Source: Tubiluchus corallicola
Taxonomy: Eukaryota; Animalia; Priapulida
Direction of reading: 5' to 3'
DNA length: 64,000 nt
NCBI GenBank assembly: GCA_030141605.1
Contig: JAQGDQ010000917.1
Location: 1 to 64,000 of the forward strand
Every line of letters begins with the position of its first letter. The first letter of the stretch is position 1. Both the position numbers and the translations under genes were made by a program. Of the stretch, positions 55,277 through 64,000 are shown piece by piece. The notes under the pieces were generated by a model. The model searched no databases, was not told the origin of the DNA, and saw only the letters and a list, made by a program, of their open reading frames with translations.

Positions 55277-56001
55277 CAGGGTTCCCACAGTCGGGAAAAA
55301 TCCTTGAAAATACAGGCTTATCTTGGAAAGTCTTGGAAAAGTCGAGGAAAGAGATAATTTGGTAAGAAGTCAGGGAAAATGATGAAAATGGGGTAAAAAA
55401 TCAGGGAAAATGATGAAAATGGGGTAAAAAGTCAGGGAAAATGATGAAAATGGGGTAAAAAGTCAGCGAAAATGATGAAAATGGGGTAAAAAGTCAGGGA
55501 AAATGATGAAAATGGGGTAAAAATCAGGGAAAATGATGAAAATGGGGTAAAAAGTCAGGGAAAATGATGAAAATGGGGTAAAAAGTCAGGGAAAATGATG
55601 AAAATGGGGTAAAAATCAGGGAAAATGATGAAAATGGAGCAAAAGGTCAGGGAAATTGGAAAGGGTGGCAAAAATAATCACCGTGAACCGATATTTTTCC
55701 AAACATTTTTCAGTGATTCGTGTTCAAATAAAATTTTACTATGACAGGCTCCAAGTTTCAATTTCTGTTCCAAAAATAATGATTGGATTAAGAAAGTTTA
55801 TTTAATGTGATTAGTGTAATTACGTTAGCACTACTGCAACTGTGCCGACACATTATATATCAGTATATGTATGAATGTCCATATACAAAAATGTTTATAT
55901 ACGTATACTGGTAATACAATTTCAGCTGATGGTCATGGAAAATCAATATTTGGTCAGTGAAAAGTCAGGAAAATTTATTTTAAACTTCTGTGGGAACCCT
56001 G
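55277..56001 (+). mobile_element. hAT-like MITE with a 5-bp TSD and an internal array of about 31 bp (55368-55655)
   Basis: taaag|cagggttcccacag...ctgtgggaaccctg|taaag. Confidence 0.85.
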
Positions 56002-56208
56002 TAAAGCCACTGAAAAAGTCAATACCTGCATGAGTTTTGAAAATACGGGTCTTATAGCAGGTTAAACAGCATTAATAACAACAGCGTGACAGCGGATCAT
56101 ATTTTTGATCCGTCAAAACACAGTCTTAATCTCCGGATATAAAAAATCTTGCACCAATCAGGTTAACAATATCACAGCTCTATTATAGTCGCTACGAATC
56201 GGCAAACG

Positions 56209-56538
56209 CTATAATTCCACTTTCACCGAATTTCGTCGCACCTCGGGAAATCGGTCCGCACCTTCCGCACCGGCATTCTCGCTCTTGCCGAGCGTGTCGG
56301 CGATCTTCGCACCGTTCGACTTGGAGTGGATGCTCACTTGGTTCTGTCGGTGCTCTAAGATTCGAGCGCGCACGATGTTCAAGTGGCTGCGGACGTATTC
56401 TTCGTGCGGCGCTAACTTTGCCACATCGACTAGGCAACGTTCGGCTTGTAGTAAGTTGCCTTGTTCGACGTAGGTAACGCACAGATTATGTCTGGCCTGT
56501 ACGTGCTCCTGATCTGATTCTATCACTTTCTCGAAACA
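56209..56538 (-). CDS. TMTC3: TMTC3 (TPR-containing ER protein O-mannosyltransferase), last coding exon (CFEKVIESDQEHVQARHNLCVTYVEQG..KVEL*)
   Basis: HNLCVVY..AERCL..LAPHEEY..HLNIVR pattern of the TMTC3 C-terminal TPRs. ttctag acceptor. Confidence 0.9.
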   Translation of the reverse strand, partial: CFEKVIESDQEHVQARHNLCVTYVEQGNLLQAERCLVDVAKLAPHEEYVRSHLNIVRARILEHRQNQVSIHSKSNGAKIADTLGKSENAGAEGADRFPEVRRNSVKVEL

Positions 56539-57022
56539 CTAGAATCAATATAGAAAATATAGTTTAACTAAAACAATTGACAGATTAGGTAAGAAAACTG
56601 ACCAATAGGTAAAGAGAAAACAAAACAATGGTAATGTTTAGTAAAGTATAAAGTCAAACCTCGTTATACAGACCCCCATATTATCAAATTTATGTGTTAG
56701 ATCAATTAAGGTCAAGAGAATGCAATTAATGTTTATTAAGTGACCAGATTAATTGAAACAACGTTGTAAATAGTAATAGTAGAATTTTATGTAAGTGAGA
56801 CATTGCTAATTACGCACGCCAACTCAGAAAAGATACAAGGTTTAATTAATACACATACGTAAAAAACTTGCTAAGTAACGGGTTAAACGGTTAGTGATTT
56901 TCTAAACAGTTACGCCAGTTAGCGATCAGGAAACAGTTTACCATTTTAACCCTAATAAACACCAGTGTAAAACGAAGTGATTCCTCTATCTATCAATCTG
57001 ATTAGTTATCTCTCAGCCTCAC

Positions 57023-57106
57023 CTTTTCAGCAGCCTCCGCATCATGTAGATTATTTAGATAAATATCACCCAGCAAAATAAGAGCCTTGTGATGATGTGG
57101 ATAGTG
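57023..57106 (-). CDS. TMTC3: TMTC3 exon (HYPHHHKALILLGDIYLNNLHDAEAAEK)
   Basis: TPR helix. ttttcag and gtgagg boundaries, 84 nt. Confidence 0.9.
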
Positions 57107-57116
57107 CTGAAAATAC

Positions 57117-57345
57117 AAAAACAATGTGATTATGTAATAAAAAACAATGTGATTATATAATAAAAAACAATGTGATTATATAATAAAAAACAATGTGATT
57201 ATATAATAAAAAACAATGTGATTATATAATAAAAACCAATGAGATTATATAATAAAAAACAATGTGATTATATAATAAAAAACAATGTGATTATATAATA
57301 AAAACCAATGAGATTATATAATAAAAAACAATGTGATTATATAAT
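57117..57345. repeat. 23-bp minisatellite, about 10 copies, abutting the TMTC3 acceptor at 57107
   Basis: aaaaaacaatgtgattatataat units. Confidence 0.93.
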
Positions 57346-57678
57346 AGAAAAATCAAACTCAACAAACACAATAAAATTGTAACGATCGAAATCTAGCGAA
57401 AGAAAATGACAATTTAAACAAAAATTATGATAATAACAAAAGAATACAGTGAAGATGCTGATTATTTGTAGTAAAAGAAGACAGAGAAAGCATTTGGACA
57501 ACAAAGAAAAAGATAGTTTAACAGCCAATATGCAATATCTTCACAGTGGCAAGACGACAACCTTTGCTATCAATGTCAAAGATTTCACACCTTTTTTGAC
57601 TAAAGATTTTTCTTCTCCTGTTATTCTTTAACTATGAATGTAACAGCTAAGTGGTAAGAAGTTTGACGGTCTACGTAC

Positions 57679-57783
57679 CTTGAGCAGTTTTAACAAATAA
57701 GGCACGGCTTCTAATGGTCGTTGTATATCCGTGGCTAACATGAGAGCTAAATTAAACAACGCACTTCTGAAGTCTTCCTTTAT
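57679..57783 (-). CDS. TMTC3: TMTC3 exon (IKEDFRSALFNLALMLATDIQRPLEAVPYLLKLLK)
   Basis: DFRSALFNLAL motif as in TMTC3. 105 nt, phase 0. Confidence 0.92.
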
Positions 57784-57848
57784 CTGTATATAAACAAACA
57801 AATATGATCATTAAGGCCGGCCACAGAAAAATATGTTTCTGTCTTACC

Positions 57849-58311
57849 CAGGGATGAGAATGACAAATTGCAAAAAAACTCTGAAACAGGCCGGGGGGTT
57901 TGGGGGCCGCGTAGACCATAGAGAGCTTCTAAGTGGAGTTAAAATATCAGTTACCTTGTTTCATGCATAATTTAAAATACCCAACTATCAAGGATACATG
58001 ATACCTAATTGTCTCAAAAATGCCTAACTACTGGCCACTCCTATGTAAAAGTATATAAAAACTGTCTGCAATTGACTCAAATAACTCCGCACAATTGATT
58101 CTATATTTTTATACATAGAGATATACACGTGGTTACACTGATGTACGAGATGTAAACAAAGTGACGGCCTGCCAACTAGCAGTCAGTTTGTGAAATAATG
58201 TACTGGGTCCGTAAAAATTTTCTCAACGAATTTACGCGATTTACAAAAATGGCACCACTGGTCTTCCAAAAACTCGGAATTCCGCGTATCCGTGGGAAAT
58301 TCTCACCCCTG
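57849..58311 (+). mobile_element. hAT MITE with a perfect 8-bp TSD; internally deleted copy at 24571-24802
   Basis: gtcttacc|cagggatgagaa...ttctcacccctg|gtcttacc. Confidence 0.9.
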
Positions 58312-58572
58312 GTCTTACCTCATGAGCTCAAAAGATGTCAGTAAAAAGGGAGGAAAAAATATATTTAACATCAGTTGAAATCAAAGTTTGTTTATTTTCT
58401 TCTGGTTAGCAGTAATGTTTTAAGTTTTTTCAATGCACATTTTTTCACGCTTTGTTTTTTAGTTTCTCATTGCTAAATTATCATATAATTATCGATTATT
58501 GTATAGTCGCTTTCTTGCGTCATGAAAGTGTATATTCTGATAATTATGGTGGTCATACGTTTGTAAAAATTT

Positions 58573-58612
58573 ACCACTGAAGAGAGCCGTAGCGCCTGTT
58601 GAAACGTTTGAT
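58573..58612 (+). ncRNA. Degenerate minimal hammerhead ribozyme motif (Penelope-like element remnant)
   Basis: acca-CTGAAGA-gagc..gtt-GAAAC-GTT-tgat followed by T-rich sequence and AATAAA. Stems are imperfect. Confidence 0.4.
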
Positions 58613-58851
58613 ATGATTTTTTAACTGTGTAAATTTAAAGTTTTAATAAAGTTGTGGTGTTTTAATTATTTAGAATTTGTTTTATAATTTCCGGTTTTGT
58701 TTAAAAGCGACGTTAATGAGTTATTCATTTGCAAAGTGCTAGAAACCATCTATTATGCATAAACAAGAAATTACAAATACGTCCTTCAGCTACTAGCTAC
58801 GATCCCCAACTTTTGGTTAAGTTTGTAAAACTGACTGACTAACTAACTTAC

Positions 58852-58972
58852 CCCAATTGCTTTTTTGAACCAAATCTGAGCTTTCTCATAATCGCCGTCA
58901 TCGGTCGCTAAAATTCCCAAGTTAAAATAAATCTTTTCGTTGTCCGGTTCGAAGTCCAGAAGGCGAAATAAC
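58852..58972 (-). CDS. TMTC3: TMTC3 exon (RLFRLLDFEPDNEKIYFNLGILATDDGDYEKAQIWFKKAIG)
   Basis: YFNLG..A.DD..A..W.KKAI TPR. ttttag and gtaagt boundaries, 121 nt. Confidence 0.92.
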
Positions 58973-59800
58973 CTAAAATAAAATAAGACTTATTTTAAAC
59001 ATTTTCCGGGGTAGTTTGCGTTTCTCTAATGCAGACTTAAGAAAACACGCAGGTTGAATCCGGCCAATAACCAATTAACTAATAACAAAGGTGGCGTTTG
59101 TCCACCACTAGGTGTCTCTTGCGGCTGCTAACAAGACTGCTGAGCTGTTGCATCATGTACCGGGGGTGAGAGAGGTGTGCAGTAGACAATAACGCAGAAT
59201 ATTTTCACGTTAGTAATTAATATTGCTTGTTTTCAGCACTAGAATTGGCATTGGGGAACTCGGTTATTTGTAACAAATGGCTTGTATGAGTCCTGTTATA
59301 AATATTTGGTCTTTTGGTGCCACAGAGTATTAACGCTTATTGCTACCATTTTCTGCTCATATTTATTTGTGGTCTCACATCTGTGACGGAGATACATTCA
59401 CCTCATAATCACGGAAACCAATAACTTTGTGATTTAACGAGTTTTGGCAGTTTTGCACCACTTTAAGTAACGCAGAGCAAAATTATTAGAGCAAATTTAG
59501 CCTAATAAATATTCCAGTTGAAGCTAGTAAGTTAACACTTGGCACAATAGGACTAGCCTGTTTCGAAGTCGACTAGCCCCGATCACTGTTAATTAAGTGT
59601 TACATATTTTCACAGCAACAGCTAACAATAGGGCTTGCGTACGGATTCAGTCTGCGCGGTCTTCATGTAAACTCCGTATAATACTCCTAATAAAGCTGCT
59701 TTCATACCGGCCAGTTATTCAGATGAAGCACGAATATTTTTAAACTCATTTTTAGCCAGAAACAGTAAACTCCGCTTCCGTGACTTTTTAAGAATACGAG

Positions 59801-62384
59801 TCTCTCACCTGTTATAGCCTAGAGGCCTGAGGTCTTCTCTGCCGAGTTCTTGTATGAGAATAGCAGAGTCTCTCACCTGTTATAGCCTAGAGGCCTGAGG
59901 TCTTCTCTGCCGAGTTCTTGTATGAGAATAGCAGAGTCTCTCACCTGTTATAGCCTAGAGGCCTGAGGTCTTCTCTGCCGAGTTCTTGTATGAGAATAGC
60001 AGATTCTCTCACCTGTCATAGCCTAGAGGCCTGAGGTCTTCTCTGCCGAGTTCTTGTATCAAAATAGCAGATTCTCTCACCTGTCATAGCCTAGAGGCCT
60101 GAGGTCTTCTCTGCCGAGTTCTTGTATGAGAATAGCAGATTCTCTCACCTGTTATAGCCTAGAGGCCTGAGGTCTTCTCTGCCAAGTTCTTGTATGAGAA
60201 TAGCAGATTCTCTCACCTGTCATAGCCTAGAGGCCTGAGGTCTTCTCTGCCGAGTTCTTGTATGAGAATAGCAGATTCTCTCACCTGTTATAGCCTAGAG
60301 GCCTGAGGTCTTCTCTGCCGAGTTCTTGTATGAGAATAGCAGATTCTCTCACCTGTCATAGCCTAGAGGCCTGAGGTCTTCTCTGCCGAGTTCTTGTATG
60401 AGAATAGCAGATTCTCTCACCTGTTATAGCCCAGAGGCCTGAGGTCTTCTCTGCCGAGTTCTTGTATGAGAATAGTAGATTCCCTCACCTGTTATAGCCT
60501 AGAGGCCTGAGGTCTTCTCTGCCGAGTCCTTGTATGAGAATAGCAGATTCTCTCACCTGTTATAGCCTAGAGGCCTGAGGTCTTCTCTGCCGAGTTCTTG
60601 TATGAGAATAGCAGATTCTCTCACCTGTTATAGCCTAGAGGCCTGAGGTCTTCTCTGCCGAGTTCTTGTATGAGAATAGCAGATTCTCTCACCTGTCATA
60701 GCCTAGAGGCCTGAGGTCTTCTCTGCCGAGTTCTTGTATGAGAATAGCAGAGTCTCTCACCTGTTATAGCCCAGAGGCCTGAGGTCTTCTCTGCCGAGTT
60801 CTTGTATGAGAATAGTAGATTCCCTCACCTGTTATAGCCTAGAGGCCTGAGGTCTTCTCTGCCGAGTTCTTGTATGAGAATAGCAGATTCTCTCACCTGT
60901 TATAGCCCAGAGGCCCGAGGTCTTCTCTGCCGAGTTCTTGTATGAGAATAGCAGATTCTCTCACCTGTTATAGCCTAGAGGCCTGAGGTCTTCTCTGCCC
61001 AGTTCTTGTATAAGAATAGCAGATTCCCTCACCTGTTATAGCCCAGAGGCCTGAGGTCTTCTCTGCCGAGTTCTTGTATGAGAATAGCAGATTCTCTCAC
61101 CTGTTATAGCCCTGAGGTCTGAGGTCTTCTCTGCCGAGTTCTTGTATGAGAATAGTAGATTCCCTCACCTGTTATAGCCTAGAGGCCTGAGGTCTTCTCT
61201 GCCGAGTTCTTGTATGAGAATAGCAGATTCTCTCACCTGTTATAGCCCAGAGGCCTGAGGTCTTCTCTGCCGAGTTCTTGTATGAGAATAGCAGATTCTC
61301 TCACCTGTTATAGCCCAGAGGTCTGAGGTCTTCTCTGCCGAGTTCTTGTATGAGAATAGTAGATTCCCTCACCTGTTATAGCCTAGAGGCCTGAGGTCTT
61401 CTCTGCCGAGTTCTTGTATGAGAATAGTAGATTCCCTCACCTGTTATAGCCTAGAGGTCTGAGGTCTTCTCTGCCGAGTTCTTGTATGAGAATAGTAGAT
61501 TCCCTCACCTGTTATAGCCTAGAGGCCTGAGGTCTTCTCTGCCGAGTTCTTGTATGAGAATGGCAGATTCTCTCACCTGTTATAGCCTAGAGGCCTGAGG
61601 TCTTCTCTACCGAGTTCTTGTATGAGAATGGCAGATTCTCTCACCTGTTATAGCCTAGAGGTCTGAGGTCTTCTCTGCCGAGTTCTTGTATGAGAATAGC
61701 AGATTCTCTCACCTGTTATAGCCCAGAGGTCTGAGGTCTTCTCTGCCGAGTTCTTGTATGAGAATAGCAGATTCTCTCACCTGTTATAGCCTAGAGGCCT
61801 GAGGTCTTCTCTGCCGAGTTCTTGTATGAGAATAGCAGATTCTCTCACCTGTTATAGCCTAGGGGCCTGAGGTCTTCTCTGCCGAGTTCTTGTATGAGAA
61901 TAGTAGATTCTCTCACCTGTCATAGCCTAGAGGCCTGAGGTCTTCTCTGCCGAGTTCCTGTATGAGAATAGCAGATTCTCTCACCTGTTATAGCCTAGAG
62001 GCCTGAGGTCTTCTCTGCCGAGTTCTTGTATGAGAATAGCAGATTCTCTCACCTGTTATAGCCTAGAGGTCTGAGGTCTTCTCTGCCGAGTTCTTGTATG
62101 AGAATAGCAGATTCTCTCACCTGTTATAGCCCAGAGGTCTGAGGTCTTCTCTGCCGAGTTCTTGTATGAGAATAGCAGATTCTCTCACCTGTTATAGCCT
62201 AGAGGTCTGAGGTCTTCTCTGCCGAGTTCTTGTATGAGAATAGCAGATTCTCTCACCTGTTATAGCCTAGAGGCCTGAGGTCTTCTCTGCCGAGTTCTTG
62301 TATGAGAATAGCAGATTCTCTCACCTGTTATAGCCTAGAGGCCTGAGGTCTTCTCTGCCGAGTTCTTGTATGAGAATGGCCGAG
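59801..62384 (-). repeat. Tandem array of 38 x 68 bp made of the TMTC3 exon 3' end (about 61 nt) plus the first 7 nt of the intron
   Basis: The tctctcacct anchor recurs from 59801 to 62317, exactly 37 x 68 nt. Units differ only by scattered SNPs. Confidence 0.97.
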
Positions 62385-62485
62385 TTCATGAGAGACTGCC
62401 GATGACCGGGGTCCAGAGTCAACGCTTTCTCAAAGTATTCCAGCGCTTCGAAATGCTGATTCAACTCCACCAACACAACGGCAAG
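62325..62485 (-). CDS. TMTC3: TMTC3 exon (LAVVLVELNQHFEALEYFEKALTLDPGHRQSLMNSAILIQELGREDLRPLGYN); its 3' end is the first unit of the 68-bp donor array
   Basis: TPR matching TMTC3 ..ALFNSAIVMQE.G..LRP... tttccag acceptor, CAG|GTGAGA donor, phase 2 matching the next exon. Confidence 0.92.
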
Positions 62486-63110
62486 CTGGAAACGGAAACG
62501 GTGTTATACAGACTCCATGGTCATATTAGTGTAAACATGCACAAGCAAACAAAATCTCAAAATAGATAAAACAGTTTCAAAAGCTAAGACATGGAAGAAC
62601 CAGCCTCCAGGAATTAAAGGAAGACAGGATGATTTTTCATATTTCTCATTTTTAAGTCAGATAAAAAGTAGAGATTCCCAATTAATACTGCAAAAGTGTT
62701 TCTGATAATTAAATAATAGATTAAAAACTTAATTAACGACAGACAAGCCAAACTATTGATGACATCACAAACTAACATAATTTTCAACAACAAAAACATT
62801 CTACGTGCGTTGTTCAATTTTTAGTCTAATAAGCTGTCTTAGGTCAAACTGTAAAATATGTTTAATAAGTATGAAAAACTGCATGTTTGCACTGTAAATG
62901 AAAGTCGTCAACAAAGCAACTCACGACAAACATTGCTTGGGTAATGAGTATTTGATAATACGCAGCACGCTGTGTGCGTTAGAACTGACAAATAGCCGAG
63001 TGGTCACGGTGACTGCTTAGCCACACTCGACCAGGCAGAATGTGAGAATGAGAAAAACCCAGCAAGTACAAAGACTGCACCGGACGCACCAGATGCAGAA
63101 ATTGTCTTAC

Positions 63111-63266
63111 GTTATAGTAAATATCGGGGTTGTCGTTGTCGTATCTCAGAGCCGTTTTGTACGAAGCATGAGCGTCTAGCGTTCTGTTCATTCGCAGTAA
63201 AACATCACCTCTGTTGATGAGAGCTTGTGTCAGGTCACTACGCATGCTGATGGCTTGACGGTACAG
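63111..63266 (-). CDS. TMTC3: TMTC3 exon (LYRQAISMRSDLTQALINRGDVLLRMNRTLDAHASYKTALRYDNDNPDIYYN)
   Basis: LYRQAISMR..D..QA.I.RG is TMTC3-like. 156 nt, gtaaga donor. Confidence 0.93.
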
Positions 63267-63623
63267 CTGCAAAGAAAATAAACGATGAGAGCTTGTGTCA
63301 GGTCACTACGCATGCTGATGGCTTGATGGTACAGCTGCAAAGAAAATAAACGATGAGAGCTTGTGTCAGGTCACTACGCATGCTGATGGCTTGACGGTAC
63401 AGCTGCAAAGAAAATAAACGATGAGAGCTTGTGTTAGGTCACTACGCATGCTGATGGCTTGACGGTACAGCTGCAAAGAAAATAAACGATGAGAGCTTGT
63501 GTCAGGTCACTACGCATGCTGATGGCTTGACGGTACAGCTGCAAAGAAAATAAACGATGAGAGCTTGTGTCAGGTCGCTACGCATGCTGATGGCTTGACG
63601 GTACAGCTGCAAAGAAAATAAAC
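63216..63623 (-). repeat. Tandem array of 6 x 68 bp made of a 17-nt intron end plus the first 51 nt of a TMTC3 exon
   Basis: Acceptor (ctgc on +) at 63267, 63335, 63403, 63471, 63539 and 63607. Confidence 0.97.
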
Positions 63624-63808
63624 CAAACGTCAGAAAATGCGCTAAATGTAACGGTAACGCTGAAAAATTTAAAACACGGGACAATGTTCCACATCCGGAT
63701 CACACTGATATGAGTAATTGCAAAGTATATTAAAGTAACGTTCTCCCAACGTTTACCATTGTTGTTAGCAGGTGGCACTTAGAGTTAATTGGCGAAGAAC
63801 AAACTTAA

Positions 63809-64000
63809 AGGAAAACCAGACGATTGTTTAAACTCAATCTGATTTTAATTTACTGTCTAAAATATATATTTTCTTGCCTATAAAGGTTAGCAATTGTTTT
63901 TAATAACTGAATAATTACCTTGGAAAGTTTATTAACGGCAACCAAACTCAGCTATCGCTTACAACACAAACTAACCACAGTTAGTTTGGTAGGTATAACC
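63809..64000 (+). mobile_element. Kolobok-like element B copy, runs off the window
   Basis: ttaa|aggaaaaccagacgattg followed by the same internal sequence. Confidence 0.75.

Overview
Repeat-rich animal genomic DNA, probably from an invertebrate, with spliceosomal introns. Three genes can be assembled by hand with consistent GT-AG phases: Rab3 (minus strand, 4 coding exons, 218 aa, CxC end), a GADD45-family gene (plus strand, about 158 aa) and the last six coding exons of TMTC3 (minus strand; its 5' part lies beyond the window). Between them are many non-autonomous DNA transposons (TA-, TTAA-, AWWT-, 5-bp and 8-bp TSD types), two decayed CR1 LINE fragments, two copies of a 5S-rRNA-headed SINE, a decayed minimal hammerhead motif and over 20 local tandem arrays. 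The most striking feature is in TMTC3, where two consecutive exons have their own splice junctions amplified into tandem arrays with the same 68-nt period. One array has 38 copies of an exon end plus 5' splice site (CAG|GTGAG, a stack of recursive-splice-like units). The other has 6 copies of a 3' splice site plus exon start. Most entries in the ORF track are microsatellite or tandem-repeat artefacts.
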